DNA of 64,000 nt. It comes from Bacilli bacterium (GTDB lineage: Bacteria; Bacillota_I; Bacilli_A; RF39; UBA660). The number at the start of each line of letters is the position of its first letter. The first letter of the stretch is position 1. Location: assembly GCA_017541325.1 (NCBI GenBank), contig JAFXZI010000012.1, positions 72,831-136,830 of the forward strand. The letters are read 5' to 3'. Of this stretch, positions 28,401-36,920 are shown piece after piece. A model generated the notes under the pieces. The model searched no databases and was not told the DNA's origin. It saw nothing but the letters and a program-made list of their open reading frames with translations. The position numbers and the translations under genes were made by a program.

Positions 28401-28584
28401 CAGCATTAGTAAATGTTAATATTAACATTTCAGAAATATTAGTTCCATCTTTTAATTTTCTTAATACTCTTTCAGATAAAACAGCAGTTTTACCAGAACC
28501 AGCTCCAGCTGATACGATTATATTAGTTCCTTCTTTATTAATCGCATCCATTTGTTCTTCTGTCCATCTAGGCATCTTCTTCAC
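25468..28584 (-). CDS. addA: ATP-dependent helicase/nuclease subunit A (AddA/RexA, UvrD-like)
   Basis: The N-terminus has a UvrD helicase Walker A (SAGAGSGKTAV), and helicase motifs run throughout. It lies downstream of addB with overlap. At 1038 aa it is shorter than Bacillus AddA. Confidence 0.8.
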   Translation of the reverse strand: MKKMPRWTEEQMDAINKEGTNIIVSAGAGSGKTAVLSERVLRKLKDGTNISEMLILTFTNAAAFEMKERIRKKIKSEPALSNQLDLIDASYVTTFDSFSLSMVKKYYYLLDVDKNLTVADKNIIDNKRREYLDIIFDKYYENPTEDFLKLISDFCVKDDVEIKDAILNLSSKMDLLPEKEEYLNNYIDTYYNDNYINSRINEYLDKVNSKFNHLFNDLQELLSLAENKFYEDLEIVINKYSRAKTLEEKLTALKEKIPNLPRNSSEELKTLKESITTQKADLIKYISFNSEEEIKSTILSTKSYAIVFIDIIRELDSMIWDYKKYNNTFEFIDIAKLAIKVVKDNPDVRDTLKYGFKEIMIDEYQDTSDLQEIFINLIENNNVYMVGDIKQAIYRFRNANPNIFKNKYDKYSNNDNGYKIDLLKNFRSRSEVLDNINLIFNPVMDNNIGGAEYKESHQMIFGNTSYNEAGKTNEDYNMDILNYIYDKECGFTKEEIEIFTIARDIETKVKNKYPIFDKDTGLIHDAKYSDFCILIHRTKDFDLYKKIFEYLNIPIEKYTSTDITQDNEINIIKNIITLMISVIKGKIDIEFKYAFISILRSYLYRLDDEEIFEYFVKDNYKESELYKQIEYLCTDIEVLSISKIIELIIDSFNFYEKSITVGDTYKLDIRLESVLKLSKQYEVLGCTLEEFRDFLDNLNGDNMSLECNFNDSREDSVKIMSIHKSKGLEFNICYFSGFYGKFNMKDLNSRFIFSNKYGMILPYYKDGIGTTIYKTLYKDDFLIDEISEKIRLFYVALTRAKEKMILVTSIEENESFNELVPDDIRIKYSSFNSILKSIYYTVSPYIKDIDIESLGISRDYNLIKKVDFKKLIKKSDEVIENIEINIDNNFISNKHFSKGSHEVLDEDVFVKMQFGTYIHYLFELFDFKNPDYSYIDEEYVDYIKSFVESGIDFNTCDIYKEYEFIYEKDNIELHGIIDLLLVYKDKVMIIDYKLKNIDDDNYLKQLNGYKEYIEHKLGKDTHIYLYSVLDKKLEELKG

Positions 28585-30919
28585 CTCCTAGATAAGATAA
28601 ATCTTTATATTTTTTAAGTGAAACTATATCTTCATTTTTTCTAAAACAAATATCTCGATACTTACAATATTCACATCCAACTAAATCATCACCTATTTGT
28701 TTAGGATTAATATTAAATTCTCCTTTTAAGATGTTATCTCTATTTTCATTTATTTTATTATCGATAATATCTACCAAAGTATTTAACTCTTCATCATTAA
28801 TAATTTTAGTATATCCATTAAATCTTCCATCTTTAGTAAGTTTCATACTTTTAATATAAATACTATCTTCATATGTTGGATCAAATATTTGGACACGATC
28901 TATATCACTACTACTATATCCAACTAATTTTAAATTATTTTCTTTTTGTTCTTCAAGAGTTTTTTCTTCATCTATTTTTTGTTCAGTACTTAAGACTTTT
29001 TGTAAGTACATTCCAACAAATTTAGGTTCCTTTACTAAATTAGAATTAACTACTAAATACCAATATATTGGAAGTTGCATATCTATACCATATATAACAC
29101 TTCCTAAATTTATATCTGGATTTCCTGTTTTATAATCAATTAATGCAACTAAATCATTTTTATACATTAATTTATCTATAATACCTGTAAATCTAACTTC
29201 TATATTATTAATACTTTTATCAATAGAAATTTTTTGTTCTAACATGTGTTTAGTAAGTCCTGTATCTTTATGTAATTTCTTAACAAAATTAATAATAAAA
29301 GATAATTCTTTTTTTAGTTTAATTAAAAGTATTTCTTCTTTAGGACTTAAAATATATTGTTTTAAATATTTATTCCATTCACTATCTAAATCAAAATTAT
29401 CATCAAGACATATACTTAATAAATAATGAAATAGATTTCCTATCTTTTGTTGAAATGATTCCTCATATTTATTAATTTTTAAAATATTTTCCAAATAATA
29501 TCTAAATTGACATTTATTATAATTATTAATAGAGGAATAGGACAGTACTAATTTATTGTTTAATAGTTTTAATAATAAATCAGAATCTATTCCAGTAAAA
29601 GAATTATTATATGTAGAATAATCTATTTTGTAGTTTGAATAATACTTAGATAATTCTTTACTATTAATTCCAAATTTTACTAAATCATCTATATATCTAC
29701 TTAATTTAATTTTTGAATATAAAGTAGAATAACTATTGGTAAATATTTCTTTCTCAGCTAAATAAATATTATTTTCCGCTATTAAATTAGATTGATAATA
29801 TTTTTCTTCTAAATGATTTAAAGGATAAGACATATATAAGTATTTAGTTTTATTAATAAAATCAATTACTTCTTCTTTAGCAGTCTTATTCTTAATTGTA
29901 GAGTTCTCCATTCCAATTAAATCTTTTTCAGCGTCTTCTAAATAATCTTCATTTTTATAAATAGTTGGTAATTCTCCTTGATTAAATCCAATTAAGAAAA
30001 TATATTCATCATTAAATGTATAGTTCTTAAAAGGTAATAATTCTACTTTATTTTGTAAATTTATACCAATACTAGTATTTAATATTTTATTTGTTACTAA
30101 TTCTAAAATGTTTTTAAACGAATATTTATTAAGATATTTATTATAGGTATTACATATATTTAGAATAATACCATTAATTGATTGATCGGATTCACTAGTA
30201 TATTTATTAGAAATAAATTTATATGCATCATTAAAAGATTTAGATGTTTTTAACTTGTCTAAAAAATCTATTCCTATCATTGTAGAATATACAGAATATC
30301 CTGTATCACTAACTGGTATATTATAAAATTTTGATAACTTATTTATTACATTTGAATAACGATCACTATAATTAATAATTTTAATCTTATTTATATCTAT
30401 TCCACTCGTGATTAAATCTCCTATTTTATGGAATACATAATCTATTTCTTCTTCAATAGTAGGAAATTCAAGAACTGTATTATTATCATTTTTATCTTTA
30501 TTTTCTTTTATAGTATATGAGTATTTATCCAATCCTTTTTTTAAAAGATTATCTAATTTATAATCTATTATTTCTATATCTTTATCTTTTAAAAATATAT
30601 TATATAAAGGATTTATTATTAAAAGATTATTATTTAATAACTCATTTTTTATATTATATAGAGTATCTATTTTAGAATTATTTTTAACTTCATCTATATA
30701 ATACATACAGTTAATTATTTCTTTAGCATTAGTTTCTCTAATTACATAATTATCCATTAAATAAAGAATTGCCTCTTCATTATAATCAAAGAAAACATTT
30801 TTTATAAATTCTTCACGAGTAATTATTTTAAGATCATTAATTTCATTAGAATTTTCTTTTTCTTTTAATAATCTTTTCTTTATATAATTAGGAGCGATTA
30901 TAAGTTTTGTTTTAGTCAT
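28568..30919 (-). CDS. addB: ATP-dependent helicase/nuclease subunit B (AddB/RexB)
   Basis: The C-terminal nuclease/Fe-S module has a Cys cluster (CQFRYY...GCEYCKYRDICF). Its position 5' of addA matches the usual arrangement. At 783 aa it is a compact form. Confidence 0.7.
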   Translation of the reverse strand: MTKTKLIIAPNYIKKRLLKEKENSNEINDLKIITREEFIKNVFFDYNEEAILYLMDNYVIRETNAKEIINCMYYIDEVKNNSKIDTLYNIKNELLNNNLLIINPLYNIFLKDKDIEIIDYKLDNLLKKGLDKYSYTIKENKDKNDNNTVLEFPTIEEEIDYVFHKIGDLITSGIDINKIKIINYSDRYSNVINKLSKFYNIPVSDTGYSVYSTMIGIDFLDKLKTSKSFNDAYKFISNKYTSESDQSINGIILNICNTYNKYLNKYSFKNILELVTNKILNTSIGINLQNKVELLPFKNYTFNDEYIFLIGFNQGELPTIYKNEDYLEDAEKDLIGMENSTIKNKTAKEEVIDFINKTKYLYMSYPLNHLEEKYYQSNLIAENNIYLAEKEIFTNSYSTLYSKIKLSRYIDDLVKFGINSKELSKYYSNYKIDYSTYNNSFTGIDSDLLLKLLNNKLVLSYSSINNYNKCQFRYYLENILKINKYEESFQQKIGNLFHYLLSICLDDNFDLDSEWNKYLKQYILSPKEEILLIKLKKELSFIINFVKKLHKDTGLTKHMLEQKISIDKSINNIEVRFTGIIDKLMYKNDLVALIDYKTGNPDINLGSVIYGIDMQLPIYWYLVVNSNLVKEPKFVGMYLQKVLSTEQKIDEEKTLEEQKENNLKLVGYSSSDIDRVQIFDPTYEDSIYIKSMKLTKDGRFNGYTKIINDEELNTLVDIIDNKINENRDNILKGEFNINPKQIGDDLVGCEYCKYRDICFRKNEDIVSLKKYKDLSYLGGEEDA

Positions 30920-30954
30920 TTTAACCTCCTATATAAAAAGTAGATTTCTCTACT

Positions 30955-31995
30955 TTATTTATCAATAATAAACATACTATCTCCGAAAGAGAAGAATCGA
31001 TATTTTTCATCTACCGCAACTTTATAAGCATTAAGAATATTTTCACGTCCAGCTAAAGCGCTAACAAGCATTACAAGAGTTGATTTTGGTAAATGGAAAT
31101 TAGTAATAAGATTATCTACTATTTTAAATTTATATCCTGGATAGATAAAAATATCTGTATCTCCACAAGTTGGAACTAATTTACCATACTTTGTCATAAC
31201 TGTTTCAAGAGTTCTTACAGTTGTTGTACCAACTACTACTAATCTATGATTAGTCTCTTTAGTTTTATTAATAATATCTACCGTCTCTTGTTCAAGTTCA
31301 TAATACTCACTATGCATTTTATGATCTAGTATGTTATCTGTATTAACTGGTCTAAATGTACCTAGACCTACATGAAGAGTTACATAACAAAGATTAATTC
31401 CTTTGTTTTTTAGTTTTTCCATTAACTCCTCTGTAAAATGAAGTCCTGCAGTTGGAGCTGCTGCACTTCCTGGATTTTTAGCATAAACTGTTTGATATCT
31501 ATTTTGATCTTCTAATTTTTCATGAATATATGGAGGAAGAGGCATTGTCCCAAGACAATCTAATACTTCATAAAGTATTCCATCATATATAAGTTCAAAT
31601 ACACGAATTCCTTCATCTTTTTCTTCAATACACTTACATTTTAAAGAACCATCTCCAAAAGAAATAATTGAACCTACTTTTACTCTTTTAGCAGGACGAG
31701 ATAATGCTTCCCATTTATCTCCTTCAGTATTCTTTAACAAAAGAACTTCTATAACTGCATGAGTATCCTCTTTTTCACCAATTAAACGAGCAGGAATTAC
31801 TTTAGTATTATTCATTACTATTGTATCTCCATCTTCTAAATAATCAATTATGTCATAGAAGTGTTTATGTTCAATACTACCAGTATTTTTATTAAGTACT
31901 AACATACGAGAAGAACTTCTATCCTTTAGAGGAGTTTGCGCGATTAATTCTTCTGGAAGAAAATAATCAAAATCACTAAGATTCATCTTCATCAC
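30955..31995 (-). CDS. queA: S-adenosylmethionine:tRNA ribosyltransferase-isomerase
   Basis: The N-terminus [27 protein letters not shown] and a [21 protein letters not shown] block are typical QueA. The true start is probably MNLSDF. Confidence 0.9.
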   Translation of the reverse strand: MMKMNLSDFDYFLPEELIAQTPLKDRSSSRMLVLNKNTGSIEHKHFYDIIDYLEDGDTIVMNNTKVIPARLIGEKEDTHAVIEVLLLKNTEGDKWEALSRPAKRVKVGSIISFGDGSLKCKCIEEKDEGIRVFELIYDGILYEVLDCLGTMPLPPYIHEKLEDQNRYQTVYAKNPGSAAAPTAGLHFTEELMEKLKNKGINLCYVTLHVGLGTFRPVNTDNILDHKMHSEYYELEQETVDIINKTKETNHRLVVVGTTTVRTLETVMTKYGKLVPTCGDTDIFIYPGYKFKIVDNLITNFHLPKSTLVMLVSALAGRENILNAYKVAVDEKYRFFSFGDSMFIIDK

Positions 31996-33010
31996 TACTT
32001 TCTAGATCAAACAAACTATTTTGATAAGTCTTATTAACTTGACGATATCCTTTTTCAGTAACTACTCTACCGCGAGGAGTTCTTTTTAAAAATCCATTTT
32101 GAAGCAAGTATGGTTCATAAACATCTTCAATAGTAGTTGCTTCTTCTCCAATTACACTAGCAATTGATTCAAGTCCAACTGGACCACCATTAAATTTTTC
32201 AATTATTCCAAGAAGTAATTGATGATCTGTATCATCAAGTCCAGAATCATCTACTTTTAATCTTTTTAAAGCTTTTTTAGTAATTTCTTTATCAATTATT
32301 CCGTCTCCTTCTACAAGAGCAAAATCTCTTACTCTTCTAAAAAGGCGGTTTGCAATTCTTGGAGTACCACGAGAACGACGAGCTAGTTCTTTTGCTGCAT
32401 CATCTTCAATAGGCATATCTAAAACTCTTGCAGTTCTTTTTACAATCTCTTCAAGTTCACTAACAGTATAATATTGTAGTTTTGCAATAATACCAAAACG
32501 ATCTCTTAAAGGAGAAGTAAGATCTCCTGCACGAGTTGTTGCACCAACTAATGTAAATGGAGGAAGATTAATTCTTATATTTCTTCCACTACCTTCTCCA
32601 CCAACTATAATATCTAAAGTAAAATCTTCCATAGCAGGATAAAGAATTTCTTCTACAAAACTAGGTAATCTATGTATTTCATCAATGAATAATACATCTC
32701 CTGGTTCAAGAGAAGATAGAATCGCTGCTAAATCACCACTTTTTTCTATTGATGGACCAGACGTAATTCTAATATTACTTCCAAGCTCATTAGCTATTAT
32801 ATAAGCAAGAGTTGTTTTACCAAGTCCAGGAGGACCATATAAAAGAACATGATCTAATGGTTCATCTCTTAATTTTGCTGCTTCAGTAAATACTCTAATA
32901 TTTTCTTTAACATCTTTTTGTCCAATATATTCATCTAATCTTTCAGGACGAATTGATTGTTCTTCTAACATTTCAGTTGCTTGTTCTTCTTCTGATAGTA
33001 TTCTTTCCAT
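31976..33010 (-). CDS. ruvB: Holliday junction branch migration helicase RuvB
   Basis: [12 protein letters not shown]...[14 protein letters not shown] is the AAA+ Walker A. A winged-helix C-terminus is present. Confidence 0.9.
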   Translation of the reverse strand: MERILSEEEQATEMLEEQSIRPERLDEYIGQKDVKENIRVFTEAAKLRDEPLDHVLLYGPPGLGKTTLAYIIANELGSNIRITSGPSIEKSGDLAAILSSLEPGDVLFIDEIHRLPSFVEEILYPAMEDFTLDIIVGGEGSGRNIRINLPPFTLVGATTRAGDLTSPLRDRFGIIAKLQYYTVSELEEIVKRTARVLDMPIEDDAAKELARRSRGTPRIANRLFRRVRDFALVEGDGIIDKEITKKALKRLKVDDSGLDDTDHQLLLGIIEKFNGGPVGLESIASVIGEEATTIEDVYEPYLLQNGFLKRTPRGRVVTEKGYRQVNKTYQNSLFDLESSDEDES

Positions 33011-33084
33011 AAATACCTCCTACTTATATAATTATAATTTATAATTAAATTTCTTACTTCTAACACTTATTATTATACAAAAAA

Positions 33085-33112
33085 AGAGTGCATTTGCACA
33101 CTTTTTATTATA
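33085..33112. terminator. terminator between orf122/ruvA transcript and ruvB (bidirectional hairpin)
   Basis: aaaAGAGTGCAtttGCACACTtttttatt. A separate ruvB promoter (TATAAT) and a TAGGAGG RBS lie downstream on the minus strand. Confidence 0.5.
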
Positions 33113-33142
33113 AAAGAATAAAATAATTCTTCATTATTATTA

Positions 33143-33511
33143 CTATTCTACTTCACAGTTTGACCAACAATTTAAAGGTTGATCATATCCATTAACAATA
33201 GAATTTACAATAGGAAATAATATATTAATAATAAAAATAATAATAAATGCTAATAAAGCAATTCCTATATTTTTAAACAATTCATTTTTAGACTTTTTGT
33301 TTTTAGTAAAAATATATATACCTTTAAGTACAAAATATAAAGGAATTACATATAAAAGAATATGTAATACATCTTTTATAAATCTTGCCCTTTCAGAAAT
33401 ATCACAACAAGAGATACCACCTCCACCCGGAAGTGTAAAAAATCTAACTAGAAAGGCAATAACTAATACTATAATTATTATTAATTTAAAATTCTTAATT
33501 CTTTTATTCAT
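33143..33511 (-). CDS. small polytopic membrane protein (hypothetical)
   Basis: 122 aa with three predicted TM segments. It lies between ruvA and ruvB. Confidence 0.4.
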   Translation of the reverse strand: MNKRIKNFKLIIIIVLVIAFLVRFFTLPGGGGISCCDISERARFIKDVLHILLYVIPLYFVLKGIYIFTKNKKSKNELFKNIGIALLAFIIIFIINILFPIVNSIVNGYDQPLNCWSNCEVE

Positions 33512-33520
33512 AATACTTTC

Positions 33521-34078
33521 CTACTTTAATAATAGTTTTAAAGATTCTTTTACTTGATCTTCTATACTTAAAGATTTATCTAATTTAGGAATTACTACTT
33601 TTATCTCTTTATCTTTATATCCTAATCCTTTTAATACTTCAATTAATTCATCAGTTGTATTATCTACTTCAGTACTACTTACATCCATATTAAGTTTTCC
33701 TTTTAAATCAAGAATTATTTGTTTTGCAACTTTATCTCCAATTTTAGGAAATTTCTTTAAATATAATACATTTTCTCTTTCAATAGCATCCGCTATTCCT
33801 GCAACAGATCCTGTTGCAAGCATTGGTAGAGCCATTCTACATCCTAATCCTTTTACGCTTATTAGTTTTAAGAATAATTCTTTTTCTTCTTCTGTTTTAA
33901 ATCCATAAAGACCTTCTTCATCTTCTCTAACTAAATGATAGACATAAACTTTATATTCTTTATCTATTTCAAATGAATAAGGATTACCTGTATATATTTG
34001 ATATCCTACTCCATTATTATCTAAAACAATATAATTACCTTTAATATCTGTTACTTTTCCAAAAATATAATTATACAT
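33521..34078 (-). CDS. ruvA: Holliday junction DNA helicase RuvA
   Basis: The N-terminus MYNYIFGKVTDIKGNYIVLDNNGVGYQIY is the OB domain. HhH motifs (LISVKGLGCRMAL) are present. 185 aa. Confidence 0.9.
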   Translation of the reverse strand: MYNYIFGKVTDIKGNYIVLDNNGVGYQIYTGNPYSFEIDKEYKVYVYHLVREDEEGLYGFKTEEEKELFLKLISVKGLGCRMALPMLATGSVAGIADAIERENVLYLKKFPKIGDKVAKQIILDLKGKLNMDVSSTEVDNTTDELIEVLKGLGYKDKEIKVVIPKLDKSLSIEDQVKESLKLLLK

Positions 34079-34080
34079 AT

Positions 34081-34680
34081 TTACCTCCTATATAATCTAT
34101 ATATCATTACACTTATTCCATATGCAAGTCCAAGTATTAAAACTGCCCAAAAAATAGATATATATATTGGTTGGCTTAATACTCTTAAAAATGGATATGG
34201 TCCATCTACTACTTTTAATATATTTAAAATAATTAATACTATTGCATATAAAACTACTGTTCCTATTCCATATTTTTTATCACTTTCTACTATTTTAACT
34301 TTATCAAAACAAGTAAATGCTACTACAAATATAATAGGACATATGAAATGATGAAATAACATTGTTCCATATAATAAGAAATAATAATAATTAAAATTAT
34401 ACATTGGTGCAAGTATAAATAATACTACCAAGAATGTTACTGTTAAACATACTGCCGCAATATATTTAAGTATTGATAACCATTTAGGTATTTTCTTTTT
34501 GTTAATAACAAAAAATAAATATAAACTAGATGCAAAAAGTGCCAAAATATTACTATCTTCTGTAAAATATTCAATACTTATACAATTGTTAGTATTAATT
34601 GAAATCATAAAACCAACTATTTCAAATATAACTACTAAAACATTCAGTATTATAGATACTTTCTTTTTCATTTTAATCAT
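34081..34680 (-). CDS. polytopic membrane protein (hypothetical)
   Basis: 199 aa with 5-6 TM segments. I saw no recognisable motif. Confidence 0.4.
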   Translation of the reverse strand: MIKMKKKVSIILNVLVVIFEIVGFMISINTNNCISIEYFTEDSNILALFASSLYLFFVINKKKIPKWLSILKYIAAVCLTVTFLVVLFILAPMYNFNYYYFLLYGTMLFHHFICPIIFVVAFTCFDKVKIVESDKKYGIGTVVLYAIVLIILNILKVVDGPYPFLRVLSQPIYISIFWAVLILGLAYGISVMIYRLYRR

Positions 34681-36223
34681 CTACCTTATTATTTATTACT
34701 TCTCTACTAATTATTTTATCATCTATATTACAATATCCTAAATATCCATTATATTCAGATATTGCTCTACTAATTCTATTTTTATGGAAGAAAATATTAG
34801 ATATATATTTATCATTCTTTTTATCAAATTTCATAATATCATTATCAATAATTATATTATTTGATTCTATTAATAAATAATCTTCATCTGACTGTTCAAA
34901 TTCATATAAATGATAATAATATGCTTTATCTTTTTCATAGTATTTTTCTACTATAAAAATACTACCATCATCTCTTCTATATTTTCTAACATCAGAATTA
35001 ATTTTTGCTAAACTAGCATCAAAATTTGTACTAAATTCATGACCATTATATGAAAATGAACCAATATAACTATTTTCGTTTATAGCCTCGATTCGATCTT
35101 CATTTAAAAATTTATTTATTAAGTAATCATCTTGTCTCTTTAATTGATTATATTCGTGTTTTAAACTACTTTCATTTTGTTTATAACTATTGTTTTTATT
35201 TGTAATTCCTTCTATATTTTTTATTTTTGAAGAAAGTTCTGCTTTTCTTTTTTCATTAATAAAGAAATTATTTTCAGATATTATTATTCTTGGATTAAGA
35301 ATTCTTCCTCCTTTTAAATAATTACAGTATAAATACTTATATAATGTTTTATTATTCATTTTTAATATTTCTATACCACTTAATAAGAAAGATGTTTTAT
35401 CCTCTCTTACAAATCTATTAGCTTTTATTTGTAATTTATTATTATTAATTTTTCTATCTAATGTAATTAATTCAGCACTGTCGAAAACAGAAATATTTTG
35501 ATTATAATTTTGTATTACTTCACTTCTTAGAGGAAGGTGTTCTCTGTTAAATAAATAAACATTATAATTACCAAAGAATCTACTTTTTAATACTCCACCA
35601 TAATGATATAAATATGAATCATATCCTAAATCTAAACATATAACTTTATTCTCTACTAGAATAATATTCCATGCATAACTTCTATTATTACCTTCTACAA
35701 ATAATGATCTAATTCCTAATCTATCCATTATTTCTTTAAAGATTGTACTAAATCCATAACTAGTAGCTTTTCTAGTTAATAATCCAAGTAAAGTAGTAGA
35801 TTTTCCTTCAAAAAGAGAATCTATATCATATTTAATATATCTTTTTAACTTATTATAAATATAATAAACTTTTTCTACATCATTATAATCTTTTTCAATA
35901 AGTTCTCTTTCAATAAGTTCAAATATTGTTACAACATTTATTAATTCATTACGAGAATAATAATTTTTACCTTCATAATACTCTTTATTATTAGTTCTTA
36001 ATTCTCTTTCTTCATCATACCCACCAGCTACCCTAAATTTTAAATTAGGATAATCTATTATATTTAATAATAAACCAGATTTAATACCTACTGTGTTATT
36101 TAATCTAATAGTTAGTTCCACATTATTATGAGACTTTATAAAATTATTTATATCTACAACATCTTTTTTAGTAATAGTACTTAAATTTATTTTAAATCTT
36201 TCCATACTACACCACCAAATCAT
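34673..36223 (-). CDS. transglutaminase-like superfamily protein, probably catalytically inactive
   Basis: The core block ATSYGFSTIFKEIMDRLGIRSLFVEG...SYAWNIILVENKVICLDLGYD aligns to the TGase-like GxCxxFA...RxxGIPAR...HAW...D pattern. The Cys and His positions are replaced by Ser/Tyr. Confidence 0.5.
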   Translation of the reverse strand: MIWWCSMERFKINLSTITKKDVVDINNFIKSHNNVELTIRLNNTVGIKSGLLLNIIDYPNLKFRVAGGYDEERELRTNNKEYYEGKNYYSRNELINVVTIFELIERELIEKDYNDVEKVYYIYNKLKRYIKYDIDSLFEGKSTTLLGLLTRKATSYGFSTIFKEIMDRLGIRSLFVEGNNRSYAWNIILVENKVICLDLGYDSYLYHYGGVLKSRFFGNYNVYLFNREHLPLRSEVIQNYNQNISVFDSAELITLDRKINNNKLQIKANRFVREDKTSFLLSGIEILKMNNKTLYKYLYCNYLKGGRILNPRIIISENNFFINEKRKAELSSKIKNIEGITNKNNSYKQNESSLKHEYNQLKRQDDYLINKFLNEDRIEAINENSYIGSFSYNGHEFSTNFDASLAKINSDVRKYRRDDGSIFIVEKYYEKDKAYYYHLYEFEQSDEDYLLIESNNIIIDNDIMKFDKKNDKYISNIFFHKNRISRAISEYNGYLGYCNIDDKIISREVINNKVDD

Positions 36224-36908
36224 TTAGACAAATAATAGAATCTTTATATACAATTATTTTTAAAGATACTAAATCATCTATTAAAGCTTTATTCTTTTGA
36301 TATTGAGCTTCAGATATAGATATTGTTTTTAAAGCACTATATTTATTAATAAAATCTAAATCTATTATTGAAGAGTTATCAAGTCTTAATGTATCTATTA
36401 AAGTAAAATGATATAGTGCACTTATATTACTTATATTAGAAAAACTAAGATCTATTTCTAATAAATGTGGTAATTGTTCTAAAAAAGATATTGAATCAAT
36501 TGACATATTAATTAATCCAATTGTATTTAAATGTTTAAATCTCGTAACATCTAATATATTATTGATAGTACAATTATTAATAATTAATTTAGTTATTTTA
36601 AGTTTTGAAAGTATTCCTAAATTAGTAATATTACAATTAGTAAAAGATAGACTTTTTAAATTATTTAAACTAAGTAAATTATCTATATAGTCTTTATCTA
36701 TATTAGTATTACTAATTTCTAATATTTCAAGATTATTAAAATATTTTAATATTTTAGAATCTATTTTATTAAAATGATTAAATAAACCAATAGAGTCAAG
36801 AGATAACTCCTTGACTCTATTTAATTCTTCGTTGGTGAAATTAGTACTAGTTTTATTTAAATAGTCCATAAGATATAATTGTAATTCCAAATAAGGAATA
36901 TTAATCAT
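36207..36908 (-). CDS. leucine-rich repeat (LRR) protein
   Basis: About eight 22-aa repeats of the form LxxLxxLxLSxTNIxxIxxL (NLKSLSFTNCNITNLGILSKL...). No signal peptide is evident. Confidence 0.6.
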   Translation of the reverse strand: MINIPYLELQLYLMDYLNKTSTNFTNEELNRVKELSLDSIGLFNHFNKIDSKILKYFNNLEILEISNTNIDKDYIDNLLSLNNLKSLSFTNCNITNLGILSKLKITKLIINNCTINNILDVTRFKHLNTIGLINMSIDSISFLEQLPHLLEIDLSFSNISNISALYHFTLIDTLRLDNSSIIDLDFINKYSALKTISISEAQYQKNKALIDDLVSLKIIVYKDSIICLNDLVV

Positions 36909-36920
36909 ACTAACACCTTC

